This document shows positions 27,134 to 36,742 of a stretch of DNA of 57,573 bases, in pieces. The notes beneath the pieces are model-generated. The model had not been told where the DNA came from. It saw only the letters and a program-made list of their open reading frames with translations, and made no database searches. The DNA lies in contig JAPLHV010000180.1 of assembly GCA_026389455.1 (NCBI GenBank), positions 1 through 57,573 of the forward strand, read 5' to 3'. Position 1 is the first letter of the stretch; every line of letters begins with the position of its first letter. This DNA comes from Coprothermobacterota bacterium (GTDB taxonomy: Bacteria; Caldisericota; JANLFM01). The translations under genes and the position numbers were made by a program.

Positions 27134-28108
27134 TTGCCGAAGCAGATGATCGCCGAACTTAACCCCGACATCCCAGTGAATAGCTGTTTCGTAGTCCACG
27201 AAGTTGAACTGCGCCTGCTCTCCGGGAAACCCGGAAAATACCTGCACCTGATCTTGGGGGATGCCAGCGGCCAAGTCACCGCTCGTCTCTGGGACGCCAC
27301 CGTGGAATCATTGCAAGCTTGTCCGGTGGGGACGCCACTGTTGGTGCGAGGAACTACTCAACGTTATCAGGAGGAACTGCAGGTGAAGATCCAAACCCTG
27401 CGTCCGGCAAAGTCCGGGGAATACAAGGAAGACGAGCTGCTGCCTATGCGTGGGAAGAACCCGGAAGCCCAACGCATGGCCCTCGCGGGTTGGGTAGAAG
27501 CGGTTCGGCAGCCGCACCTGGCTGCCCTGTTGGAAGCGTTTTTCGGGGATCCCGCCTTCCTTGGCCCTTTCCTTCGAGCCCCCGCCGCTCTCCGCATTCA
27601 TCACGCCTACAACGGAGGCTTGCTTGACCACACCCTCGCCGTATTGCGCCTGTTGGAGACGACCATGGTCGATCATCCCGGGATGGACCGCGACTTGCTG
27701 ATCGCCGGGGCTTTGCTGCACGACGTGGGAAAGGTGGAAACCTATGTACCGCAAGGGCTGGTCTTCCGCATCAGTGACGCTGGGCGTTTGCTGGATCACA
27801 TTATCCTGGGGGAGCGGCTGGTGATGACCCAAGTGGAAGCGATCTCAGGCTTCCCTCCCGAACTGGCTTTGCATTTGGACCACCTCATTATCAGCCATCA
27901 CGGTACGCGGGAGAACGGGTCTCCGGTCCTGCCGATGACCCCTGAGGCGATTGCTTTGCACCATGCCGATAATCTCGACGCCCAAGTGCAGCGCTTTCAG
28001 GAGTTGACCGGCCAATCTCCTCCAGGGGAGCGCTGGACAGCTTACCAGGCGACCTTGGGACGATCTCTCTTCTGCCCGTCCAGGTCTCCCAGTGACGAGT
28101 ATCACTGA
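27134..28108 (+). CDS. yhaM: OB-fold + HD-domain 3'-5' exoribonuclease (YhaM/Cbf1-like)
   Basis: HHAYNGGLLDH, LLHDVGK, SHHG and HHADNLDA motifs. Confidence 0.85.
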   Translation: MPKQMIAELNPDIPVNSCFVVHEVELRLLSGKPGKYLHLILGDASGQVTARLWDATVESLQACPVGTPLLVRGTTQRYQEELQVKIQTLRPAKSGEYKEDELLPMRGKNPEAQRMALAGWVEAVRQPHLAALLEAFFGDPAFLGPFLRAPAALRIHHAYNGGLLDHTLAVLRLLETTMVDHPGMDRDLLIAGALLHDVGKVETYVPQGLVFRISDAGRLLDHIILGERLVMTQVEAISGFPPELALHLDHLIISHHGTRENGSPVLPMTPEAIALHHADNLDAQVQRFQELTGQSPPGERWTAYQATLGRSLFCPSRSPSDEYH

Positions 28109-28143
28109 TGGAAGCTGTTGAGCGGATTTTCTTTCCTGACCCC

Positions 28144-28172
28144 TTGACAGGGGTGAACCGGTTTGTTATAGT
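28144..28172 (+). promoter_or_regulatory. sigma70 promoter
   Basis: TTGACA-17 bp-TATAGT. Confidence 0.8.
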
Positions 28173-28178
28173 AGTGCT

Positions 28179-28251
28179 GTAAACGATAACTTGCCTGTCT
28201 TCCCACCTCCCCCATGGCAGGGGTTGCCGCCCGGCAGCCCCTGTTTTTTTT
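28179..28251 (+). ncRNA. Candidate ~73-nt small RNA with C-rich loop and intrinsic terminator
   Basis: Follows the promoter directly; hairpin loop CCCACCTCCCC; terminator CAGGGGTTGCCG/CGGCAGCCCCTG followed by a T run. Confidence 0.55.
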
Positions 28252-28392
28252 GATGGTGCAAAGCCCTCCCGTCATCATCCAGCCAAACCGAACCGTGTTG
28301 GACGATTCCCCCCTGATCTGAGAAAATAGCCGGACTATTAAAGCGATGCCGAGCGAGGCGTATTCGGCCGCTGGGAACTGAAGGAGTCTGAA

Positions 28393-29631
28393 TTGGAGAT
28401 CGTAACGAGTAGGCAGGACAACCAGATCGAAGCTAAACTGGAAATACCTTTCGAGAGAGTAGCTGCCACGATGCAGCAGATCGCTCAGTCATACGCGAAC
28501 AGAGTAATGATCCCCGGATTCCGCCGTGGAAAAGCTCCACTAAACTTGGTCAAGGCACACATCGGCGAGGAGCGGATTCGCGAGGACGCGGTGGACCGCT
28601 TGCTGGAGGAGGCCATCGAGGAGTTCTATCGTCGCGAGAAGGTGACGCCCCTCTTCACGCCCCAAGCCGAAATCGAGCCCCTTGAAGAGGGCCAACCGCT
28701 TCGCATCACGCTGCTTGTCGACCCCTGGCCCGAGGTGGAACTACCGCCTGTCGCAGGCATTCATCTCCACTTGCCGCCGGTGCTGGTGGGGGAAGTGGAG
28801 GCGGAGGAAGCCATCCACCGCCTGCGCTCCAGCTATGCTGATTACCGCACCAAAGAGGGGCAGGCGGCGTTCGACGATTCAGTATTCCTGAAATGGCGCC
28901 TAGAAGGGGATGGGGACTGGCGTACCGACTTTTTCGAGCTAGGTTCGGAGCAAGTTCTCTCCGGCTTCGATGAGCAGCTTGTCGGTTTGTCCGCCGGCGA
29001 GGAGAAAACCTTCCAACTGATTGCCCGCGAGCAGCCTGTATCCTTCCAGGTAGAGGTAGTGGAGGTCAAAGAGAAACTATTGCCGGCAGAGGACGAAGTA
29101 TTCGCCGGCCATTTCGGCTTGCAGACAATGGAAGAAGTTCGGGTCAAGGTGGAGGGTGAGTTAAGAGAACAGGCTGAGCGCCGTTACCATAAGGCTTTGC
29201 GCGAAGAACTGGTGCAACGCTACCTGGAGAAGATCCCTCTCGACTTCTCCGCCCACGCCCAAGAGGAGGCGCTGGAGAAATATCGGGCTTCCTATTCCGA
29301 GATGCTCAAACGGAAAGGACGTACTTTTGAACAAATGCTGTCCGAGTTGGGGATCAGCGATGCGGAGTGGACGGAAGCCATCGGACGAAAGACGGCCGTG
29401 GAGCTCTTGAAAGAGCAGATCGTCCTGGCCGAGATTGCCCGCCAACGTCAGATAGAGGTCAGCAAAGAGGAAATCGAAGCTGAGCAAGCTGTACATCACC
29501 ACACCGACGAGGAAGGCGCTTATGGGGCGTTGCGCCGCATCAAATCCATCGACCTGTTGGTTGCCGAGTGGAAAGCTTCCTCTTCTCGACTGGAGCAGGA
29601 GGATCCGGAGAGTTCCGGAGATGAACCATAA
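28393..29631 (+). CDS. tig: Trigger factor
   Basis: IPGFRRGKAP ribosome-binding motif; upstream of clpP. Confidence 0.92.
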   Translation: MEIVTSRQDNQIEAKLEIPFERVAATMQQIAQSYANRVMIPGFRRGKAPLNLVKAHIGEERIREDAVDRLLEEAIEEFYRREKVTPLFTPQAEIEPLEEGQPLRITLLVDPWPEVELPPVAGIHLHLPPVLVGEVEAEEAIHRLRSSYADYRTKEGQAAFDDSVFLKWRLEGDGDWRTDFFELGSEQVLSGFDEQLVGLSAGEEKTFQLIAREQPVSFQVEVVEVKEKLLPAEDEVFAGHFGLQTMEEVRVKVEGELREQAERRYHKALREELVQRYLEKIPLDFSAHAQEEALEKYRASYSEMLKRKGRTFEQMLSELGISDAEWTEAIGRKTAVELLKEQIVLAEIARQRQIEVSKEEIEAEQAVHHHTDEEGAYGALRRIKSIDLLVAEWKASSSRLEQEDPESSGDEP

Positions 29632-29646
29632 AGAAGGAGGCTTCCC

Positions 29647-30237
29647 GTGGTGATCCCTTGGGTGGAAGTGCAGACACCGCGCGGTGAGCGATCGTACGAT
29701 ATCTATTCGCGCCTGTTGCGGGACCGCATCGTTTTTCTGGGCGGGCCGATCATGGACGAAGTGGCCAACAATATCATCGCTCAGCTTCTTTTGTTGGAAG
29801 CGGAGGATAGCAGCAAGAACATTTTTCTCTACATCAACAGTCCGGGTGGCGTGGTCTCGGCCGGTTTGGCCATCTATGACACTATGCAGTACTTGCGCTC
29901 GCCCATCAATACCATCTGCATAGGCCTAGGAGCGAGCATGGGAGCTTTGCTGCTGGCTGCCGGGACACCCGGCAAGCGAATGGCTTTACCCAACTCGAGG
30001 ATCCTCATCCACCAGCCCTTATTGGGCGGTCAGGGTATTTCCGGCGCCGCCAAAGACATTGAAATCGAGGCTCGGGAGATTCTCGAGACCAAGCGAATCC
30101 TCAACCAGATTCTGGCTGCCCACACCGGCCAGCCCTTGGAGAAGATCGAGAAGGACACCGAGCGCAATTACTATATGTCCGCCGATGACGCCAAGAACTA
30201 TGGTCTGCTGGACTTGGTCATTCGCAAGCTTCCCTAA
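29647..30237 (+). CDS. clpP: Clp protease proteolytic subunit
   Basis: [19 protein letters not shown] and IHQP motifs. Confidence 0.97.
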   Translation: MVIPWVEVQTPRGERSYDIYSRLLRDRIVFLGGPIMDEVANNIIAQLLLLEAEDSSKNIFLYINSPGGVVSAGLAIYDTMQYLRSPINTICIGLGASMGALLLAAGTPGKRMALPNSRILIHQPLLGGQGISGAAKDIEIEAREILETKRILNQILAAHTGQPLEKIEKDTERNYYMSADDAKNYGLLDLVIRKLP

Positions 30238-30291
30238 GGGATGGACTGTCTCGCTGATCCAAGCAGGCGAATGAGCTGGCTTTCCTACCGA

Positions 30292-30318
30292 TTGGCACTC
30301 GTGACCAATGAGTGCTAA
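30292..30318 (+). promoter_or_regulatory. CIRCE element (HrcA operator)
   Basis: TTGGCACTC-N9-GAGTGCTAA, one mismatch to consensus, upstream of lon. Confidence 0.88.
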
Positions 30319-30348
30319 TATCCTGGAAAGAATGGAGGCAAGACAATC

Positions 30349-32694
30349 GTGTCACACCAAGATGCCATAAATACATGGGAATCGCTTAGCGAAGCGCCGC
30401 TCCTCCCGCTGCGCAATGTCGTAGTCTTCCCATCCATGGTTATTCCCCTGGTGGTGGGGAGGGAGAAATCCACCAAGTCTCTGGAAGAGGCGGTGCAGCG
30501 AGACCGTTTGGTTGTGCTGGCCACACAGAGAGATGAATCGACGGATGATCCGGCGCCGGAGGAGATTTACGATATGGGTGTCGGGGCCGAGATCCTTCGC
30601 TTGTTGAAATTGCCGGACGGTACGTTCTCGGTCGTAGTGGAGGGTGTCTGTCGGGTTAAGATCGAGCGATACCTGCAGAACACCCCTTCCTACCGGGCGC
30701 AAATCCATGTCCAGCATGAGACGATGGAGCCCAGCCGCGATCTGGACGCTCTCAAGCGGATGGTGACTGAGCAATTCGAGAGTTATGCCCAGTTGTCGCG
30801 CCGTGTTTCCTCGGATACCGTCGTTACGGTGATGAATATGGAAGACCCGCGCACCCTTACCGACACGGTGGCGGCCAATCTGGTGTTGCCCATCCCGGTC
30901 AAGCAGGAGCTGTTGGAGATTACCGACATTACCCGGCGCATGCAGCGCTTAGCTGAGCTCCTCTCCAAGGAGTTGGAGGTGCTGGAGCTGGCCAAGAAGT
31001 TGGAGGACCGCGTCAAGGAGTCGGTTGAGAAGAACCAGAAAGAGTACTTCCTGCGCGAACAGATGAAGGCCATTCAACAAGAACTGGGCGAGAAAGACGA
31101 GAAGCTGCAAGAGATCGAGGTCTACCGAGCCAAGATGGAGAAAGCCAACCTGCCGGAGGCGGCGAAAGCAAAGGTTGAGGAAGAGCTGGCCCGATTAGAG
31201 AAGATGCCGCCGATGGTAGCTGAATCCACTGTCGTGAGAACTTACCTGGACTGGGTGTTGGACCTTCCCTGGAGCGCGGAGACAGCCGATATATTAGACT
31301 TGAAGGAAGCCGATGCGATCCTGGAGGCGGACCATTATGGTCTGAAAGATCCCAAGCAGCGCATCCTGGAGTTCCTCGCCGTACGCCATCTGACGACGAA
31401 GATGAAAAGCCCGATCATCTGCTTCGTCGGCCCGCCAGGCGTGGGGAAGACCTCCTTGGGCAAGTCCATCGCCCGCTCTATGGGGCGCAATTTCGTCCGC
31501 ATCTCCCTGGGCGGGGTGCGCGATGAGGCTGAGATCCGCGGTCACCGCCGCACCTACGTCGGAGCTCTGCCTGGCCGCATCATCCAGGGGATGAAGACGG
31601 CTGCCAGCAAGAACCCGGTATTTCTCCTCGACGAGATTGATAAGTTAGGCACCGATTTCCGCGGCGACCCTTCCGCCGCCTTGTTGGAAGCCCTTGATCC
31701 AGAGCAGAACCACGCCTTCTCGGACCATTATATCGAGGTTCCCTTCGATCTTTCCAAGGTGCTTTTCATCACTACCGCCAATATGTTGCATACCATTCCC
31801 CCAGCCCTCCTCGACCGCATGGAAGTACTGCAGTTGCCCGGTTACACCGAGGACGAGAAGGCCAAGATTGCCGAAAAGTTCCTGGTTCCGAAACAATTGA
31901 TCGCTCACGGCTTAACCAAGGGCGACTTGCGCATCACCGAAGGCGCTCTGCTGCGCATGATCCGCGAGTATACGCGAGAGGCCGGGGTGCGCAACCTGGA
32001 GCGGGAGATCGCCAACATCTTTCGCAAAGTAGCCCGCGAGAAAGTGGAAAAACCTGACTTCAGCATGGTCCGGATCACTCCTTTGAATATCACTCGTTAC
32101 CTAGATATGCCCCGCTTTCACCACGGCGAGAAGGAGAAGAAGGACGAGGTCGGTGTCACAACCGGCATCTCCGTCTCGGAGTACGGCGGCGACATCATGC
32201 ACATCGAAGTGGCGATCGTCCCCGGAAAGGGAGAACTCAGTCTTACCGGTCAACTTGGCGATGTCATGAAAGAGTCGGCCCGGGCAGGAATCACTTACGT
32301 GCGCGGCCGCAGCAAAGACTTAGGATTGGAAGACGGGTGGTTCTCCAAATATGATGTGCATATCCACGTCCCCGAAGGCGCTGTGCCAAAGGAAGGTCCC
32401 TCGGCTGGGATCGCCATGGCCACCGCCTTGGTGTCCGCCCTCTCTGGAAAGCCGGTGCGGCGAGAGGTGGCGATGACCGGGGAGATTACCCTGCGTGGTC
32501 GGGTGTTGCCCATCGGTGGAGTTAAAGAGAAAGCCTTGGCTGCTCACCGAGCCGGCATCAAGACCATGCTTCTGCCCAAAGAAAACGAGAAAGACCTGGA
32601 GAAAATCCCGCCCCAGATCAAGAAAGAGCTGCGCTTCATCTTAGTGGAGCATATGGACCAGGTGTTGGAGGAAGCGTTCGCCCGCCAACCCTAA
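30349..32694 (+). CDS. lon: ATP-dependent protease La
   Basis: LPLRN N-domain, [17 protein letters not shown] catalytic Ser, IGGVKEK. Confidence 0.97.
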   Translation: MSHQDAINTWESLSEAPLLPLRNVVVFPSMVIPLVVGREKSTKSLEEAVQRDRLVVLATQRDESTDDPAPEEIYDMGVGAEILRLLKLPDGTFSVVVEGVCRVKIERYLQNTPSYRAQIHVQHETMEPSRDLDALKRMVTEQFESYAQLSRRVSSDTVVTVMNMEDPRTLTDTVAANLVLPIPVKQELLEITDITRRMQRLAELLSKELEVLELAKKLEDRVKESVEKNQKEYFLREQMKAIQQELGEKDEKLQEIEVYRAKMEKANLPEAAKAKVEEELARLEKMPPMVAESTVVRTYLDWVLDLPWSAETADILDLKEADAILEADHYGLKDPKQRILEFLAVRHLTTKMKSPIICFVGPPGVGKTSLGKSIARSMGRNFVRISLGGVRDEAEIRGHRRTYVGALPGRIIQGMKTAASKNPVFLLDEIDKLGTDFRGDPSAALLEALDPEQNHAFSDHYIEVPFDLSKVLFITTANMLHTIPPALLDRMEVLQLPGYTEDEKAKIAEKFLVPKQLIAHGLTKGDLRITEGALLRMIREYTREAGVRNLEREIANIFRKVAREKVEKPDFSMVRITPLNITRYLDMPRFHHGEKEKKDEVGVTTGISVSEYGGDIMHIEVAIVPGKGELSLTGQLGDVMKESARAGITYVRGRSKDLGLEDGWFSKYDVHIHVPEGAVPKEGPSAGIAMATALVSALSGKPVRREVAMTGEITLRGRVLPIGGVKEKALAAHRAGIKTMLLPKENEKDLEKIPPQIKKELRFILVEHMDQVLEEAFARQP

Positions 32695-32710
32695 GGAGCT
32701 TGTATCCCGC

Positions 32711-32738
32711 GTAGGGGCGACGCATGCGTCGCCCCTAC
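32711..32738. repeat. GTAG-type REP palindrome
   Basis: Perfect palindrome GTAGGGGCGACGCATGCGTCGCCCCTAC after the lon stop. Confidence 0.85.
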
Positions 32739-32808
32739 ATTGAACTGAGATCAAACCAAGTCTTCTGTGAGGCAAAGACGTCTTTGTTCCGGTAAGATAG
32801 GCGGCATC

Positions 32809-33399
32809 ATGGAGACCGCCTATCCCGATTTAAAGAAAGCATATCTGTTGGCAGCGTTCGCCGGCGCTGTGGCTGGCGCGCTGAGCTCGCCCCTGGTCCC
32901 GCTGCTGGAGTCGATCCCTGCTGGGATTCTGTTCTTCCTCCTCTTTCTTGGCCTCCCTTGGTTGCTGAAAAAAGGCTTCACCGCCCCCCGGGCGATGCGG
33001 GCAGGGATGCTCCTGGGCTTCTGCTTCGGACTCGGTCAAACTCTTCTACTCTTCCTAATCAATCGAGAGATCAAAGTCTTTACCGGCTTCTTCATCTTCG
33101 ACCGCGGTTTCGTTCTCGCCACCTATACCACTCTTGGTGGGATACTGGCCGTTTTTCTGCATTGCTTGATTCAGCGGCAAGCCCTCTTCGCGACCCTCTT
33201 CTTTTTGGAGGCCGTGGTTTTAGAGCTGATCACCCTTCACTATTTCTGGTTGCGCCACTGGGTCTTGTTGCCGGCTCGGCCATACGCCCTCCCCTTCGCT
33301 GCGGCGGTTGGATTGATCCTCTTCTTTTTGCTTTACCGCCTCTATTACTTTAGAATGCTTGGCATTCATTACCCCATCCGAAGGAGGAATCAGGCATGA
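32809..33399 (+). CDS. Integral membrane hypothetical protein
   Basis: About six hydrophobic segments; stop overlaps the thrS start. Confidence 0.75.
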   Translation: METAYPDLKKAYLLAAFAGAVAGALSSPLVPLLESIPAGILFFLLFLGLPWLLKKGFTAPRAMRAGMLLGFCFGLGQTLLLFLINREIKVFTGFFIFDRGFVLATYTTLGGILAVFLHCLIQRQALFATLFFLEAVVLELITLHYFWLRHWVLLPARPYALPFAAAVGLILFFLLYRLYYFRMLGIHYPIRRRNQA

Positions 33400-35246
33400 G
33401 CCCAGAAGAGGCCATTCAGCAACCCCCACCTCAAGCTATCGCTGCCTTGATTGCAGACCGGCTTGTCGACGTAGATCAAGCGCTGGGGAAAAGCAACATC
33501 ACTTGGGTGACTGCGGACACCCCGGCGGGGTTGGAAGTCCTCCGCCACTCCACCTCCCATCTGATGGCGCAGGCTGTTCTTGATTTGTACCCGAAGGCCA
33601 AGCTGGCCATCGGACCGGCCATCGCCGATGGATTCTACTACGATTTTGATCTGCCGCGGCCGCTCTCCGCTGAAGACCTCCCGCGGATCGAAGAGCGCAT
33701 GCGCCAGTTGGCCGAGGAGAACAGCCCTTTCGAACGTCGGGAGCTCTCGCGTGAGGATGCCCTGGTCTGGTTTGCCGACCACAATCAGGACTACAAGGTG
33801 GAGTTGATCAACAATCTGTCGTTGGACGAATTGATCAGCCTCTACCAGAACGGCTCTTTCGTCGATCTCTGCCGGGGGCCTCATGCTCCCTCCACCGGTT
33901 CCTTGAAGCATTTCAAGTTGCTTTCCGTGGCCGGCGCCTATTGGCGGGGAGACGAGCATAAGGCGATGTTGCAACGCATCTATGGCACGGCCTTCGCCAG
34001 CGAGGAAGCCCTCAAGGAGCATCTTTGGAAACTGGAGGAGGCGGCCAAGCGCGACCATCGTCGGCTGGGCAAAGAGATGGACATCTTCTCTACCCACCCG
34101 GCCATCGGAGCCGGCCTGATCCTCTGGCACCCGGCCGGCTCGATCGTCCGCCACGAGATCGAGAACTTCTGGACCGAACAGCACCTCAAGCGTGGCTATC
34201 AGTTGGTTTATACTCCGCACATCGCTTCTGAAGAGATATATAAGGTCTCTGGTCACCTGGAGGCCTACGGCGAGATGATGTACGCCCCGATGGACATTGA
34301 CAGCCAGCCTTACCGGGTAAAGCCGATGAACTGCCCCGCGCACATCTGCATCTTCCAGAGCGCTACGCGCAGCTACCGCGATTTGCCGATCCGCTATGCC
34401 GAGCTGGGGACAGTCTACCGTTACGAGCGCTCCGGCGTCCTGCATGGGCTGTTGCGGGTGCGCGGCTTCACTCAGGACGATGCTCATGTCTTTTGCCGCC
34501 CGGAGCAGTTGAAGGATGAGGTCCATCAGGTTCTTGACCTCACCGAGTTCATGATGAAGACCTTTGGTTACCGCTATCAGGCTTTCCTCGCCACTCGCCC
34601 GGCGAGGTCCATCGGTTCGCAAGAGGAGTGGACCTTCGCCACCGATACTCTGCGGCAAGCCTTGCAGGAACGGGGAATGGACTACCAGCTAGACGAGGGT
34701 GGCGGCGCTTTCTATGCGCCGAAGATCGACATCAAGTTGTGGGACGCCCTAGGCCGCAGTTGGCAAGGCCCCACCTGCCAGGTCGACTTGAACCTGCCGG
34801 TTCGTTTCTCTATCGCCTACATGGGCGAGGACGGTCGCGAGCATCGCTGCGTGATGATCCACCGTACCGTGCTGGGAAGCATGGAGCGTTTCATCGGCGG
34901 CTTGCTGGAGCACTATGGCGGCAATTTCCCCCTTTGGCTGGCTCCCCGTCAGGCGGTGGTAATCCCCATCACCAGCCGCCACCAGCCCTACGCTCAACAT
35001 GTAGCCGACGCCTTGCGCGAGGTCGGGATGCGGGTGGAGGTCGACGCCCGTTCCGAGAAGATGAACGCCAAGATCCGCGACGCAGAGATGCAACGGATTC
35101 CCTTCGCCTTGATCGTGGGCGACCGGGAAGCTGAAGCGGAAGCGGTCTCGGTGCGCCGCAAGGGGAAAGGCGACCTGGGTTCCCAACCGCTCGCCAGCTT
35201 GGTTGCGGCGATGCGCGAGGAAGTTGCCGGCCGCAGCCTGGGCTAA
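33396..35246 (+). CDS. thrS: Threonyl-tRNA synthetase
   Basis: RHSTSHL, DLCRGPH, RDHRRLG, KPMNCP and RVRGFTQDDAH motifs. Confidence 0.97.
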   Translation: MSPEEAIQQPPPQAIAALIADRLVDVDQALGKSNITWVTADTPAGLEVLRHSTSHLMAQAVLDLYPKAKLAIGPAIADGFYYDFDLPRPLSAEDLPRIEERMRQLAEENSPFERRELSREDALVWFADHNQDYKVELINNLSLDELISLYQNGSFVDLCRGPHAPSTGSLKHFKLLSVAGAYWRGDEHKAMLQRIYGTAFASEEALKEHLWKLEEAAKRDHRRLGKEMDIFSTHPAIGAGLILWHPAGSIVRHEIENFWTEQHLKRGYQLVYTPHIASEEIYKVSGHLEAYGEMMYAPMDIDSQPYRVKPMNCPAHICIFQSATRSYRDLPIRYAELGTVYRYERSGVLHGLLRVRGFTQDDAHVFCRPEQLKDEVHQVLDLTEFMMKTFGYRYQAFLATRPARSIGSQEEWTFATDTLRQALQERGMDYQLDEGGGAFYAPKIDIKLWDALGRSWQGPTCQVDLNLPVRFSIAYMGEDGREHRCVMIHRTVLGSMERFIGGLLEHYGGNFPLWLAPRQAVVIPITSRHQPYAQHVADALREVGMRVEVDARSEKMNAKIRDAEMQRIPFALIVGDREAEAEAVSVRRKGKGDLGSQPLASLVAAMREEVAGRSLG

Positions 35247-35252
35247 AAGAGC

Positions 35253-35360
35253 AGTGGTTTAGTGGTTAAGTGGGTCAGTAGGTCAGTGGATAAGTAAATA
35301 AGCTGATCAATGAGAATTACTCGACCACTTAACCACTGAATTACTCAACTACTTAATTAC
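35253..35360. repeat. Inverted arrays of degenerate 8-bp repeats
   Basis: AGTRGNNN-like unit x6, then complementary ...ACCACT/ATTACT units x5-6. Confidence 0.7.
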
Positions 35361-35439
35361 ATCTGTACATTGGTGGGATCGGTTGGTTGACGGGATCGAG
35401 GCTTTCTGCTTATGATTAAGGAGCGCTGGTGGGTTGCAC

Positions 35440-35545
35440 CACGAGCTGAAGAAGAGGCCGCCGGCTTCTCACCCTGTAGCGCCTGAGGGCTGCTCTCCGG
35501 GTTCAAGCAACATAATGTGCGTGATGGCATGAGGCGGCGCCGAAA
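35440..35545 (+). promoter_or_regulatory. L20 leader-like element upstream of infC-rpmI-rplT
   Basis: AGAAG...GCTTCTCACC followed by a GAGGCGGC/GCCGCC-TTTT terminator, downstream of a TTGACG...TATGAT promoter. Confidence 0.65.
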
Positions 35546-35616
35546 TAGGTGGCCGCCTTTTCTGCTGGAAAGGAGTGTAAAGCTGACATTGAGAATAGAT
35601 CAGGAGGTAACGTCCC

Positions 35617-36201
35617 ATCAGTAAGGACTTGCGCGTAAATGAGCAGATCAGGGCCCGGGAGGTACGATTGATCGGTGCTGACGGGGCACAGCTAGGGATT
35701 TTGTCGATCTACGAGGCACTTCGCAAAGCGGAAGAGCTGAACCTGGATCTGGTGGAGGTGTCCTCTGCCTCCCGACCACCGGTCTGCCGGCTGATGAACT
35801 TCGGAAAGTTCAAGTTCGAAAAAGCCAAGAAAGATCGTGAGGCGCGTAAGAACCAGAAAGGGGATATCAAGGAGATCAAGATCTCTCGTGCCGGCATCAG
35901 CGAGCACGACCTGCAGACAAAGATCAACCACTTGATCGACTTCCTTGAACACGGGGACAAGGCTAAGGTAATCGTGGAGTTTCGCGGGCGGGAACAACTT
36001 CATCGCAACAAGGGATTCGATATCCTGAACAATATGACCGAGCGACTGGCCGATATAGCCGTCGTCGAACGCAAGCCCCTCTTGGAGGGACGGAGGATCA
36101 TTATGATCCTGGCCTCCAAGAAAGTGGACAAACCGGCAGAACGGAGAGAAGCAAGTGGCAAGAAAGGCGAAGACCTGCAAGACAGCAGCCAAGCGGTTTA
36201 G
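35617..36201 (+). CDS. infC: Translation initiation factor IF-3 (non-canonical ATC start)
   Basis: RVNEQIRAREVRLI, LDLVEV, PPVCRLM; GGAGGT lies 8 nt before the in-frame ATC. Confidence 0.93.
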   Translation: MSKDLRVNEQIRAREVRLIGADGAQLGILSIYEALRKAEELNLDLVEVSSASRPPVCRLMNFGKFKFEKAKKDREARKNQKGDIKEIKISRAGISEHDLQTKINHLIDFLEHGDKAKVIVEFRGREQLHRNKGFDILNNMTERLADIAVVERKPLLEGRRIIMILASKKVDKPAERREASGKKGEDLQDSSQAV

Positions 36202-36361
36202 AGTAACCGGAACAGGCAAGATCATGCGTGGCCATGTCGGGCACTCGCACTTATTATCCAAGAAATCCAGCGCCCGAAAGCGGCGCTTGACCACGCAAGT
36301 CTGCGTCGATAAGGTCGATTTTCCGCGCATCCGCGCGCTACTGTCTAAATCGGGCAGGTGA
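36155..36361 (+). CDS. rpmI: 50S ribosomal protein L35
   Basis: KT...[12 protein letters not shown]; position in the operon. Confidence 0.92.
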   Translation: MARKAKTCKTAAKRFRVTGTGKIMRGHVGHSHLLSKKSSARKRRLTTQVCVDKVDFPRIRALLSKSGR

Positions 36362-36374
36362 GGAGTTATTTGAG

Positions 36375-36740
36375 ATGAGCCGTATCAAAGGCGGGGTGGT
36401 ATCCCATCGCCGCCATAAAAAGATCCTGAAGCAAGCCAAGGGAACTTGGGGTTCCAGCCACGTGCGTATCCGCGTGGCCAAGCAGACTGTCATGAAAGGC
36501 CTGCAACATGCCTACGAGGGCCGCCGCCTGCGCAAGCGGGACTTTCGCAGCCTCTGGATCCAGCGTATCAACGCTGCCGCCCGGATTCAGGGCCTTCCCT
36601 ACAACAAACTGATCGCCGGCCTGAAAGTGGCGGGCGTGGTGATCGACCGGAAGATGCTGGCCGAGATCGCCGTCAACGATCCAGCCGTCTTCGGGCAGCT
36701 AGCCGAGATCGCCAAGGCCACTATCAGCAAGCCCAGCTAA
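36375..36740 (+). CDS. rplT: 50S ribosomal protein L20
   Basis: [18 protein letters not shown] and [10 protein letters not shown] motifs. Confidence 0.97.
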   Translation: MSRIKGGVVSHRRHKKILKQAKGTWGSSHVRIRVAKQTVMKGLQHAYEGRRLRKRDFRSLWIQRINAAARIQGLPYNKLIAGLKVAGVVIDRKMLAEIAVNDPAVFGQLAEIAKATISKPS

Positions 36741-36742
36741 CC

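Noticed and set aside
33390-34658. 422-aa antisense ORF over thrS and similar shadow ORFs over lon, mutS2, moxR and pheT
   Set aside because: Expected antisense open frames in GC-rich coding DNA.
36446-36742. Long N-terminal extension of pheS overlapping rplT
   Set aside because: Artefact of taking the most upstream start; it overlaps the real rplT gene.
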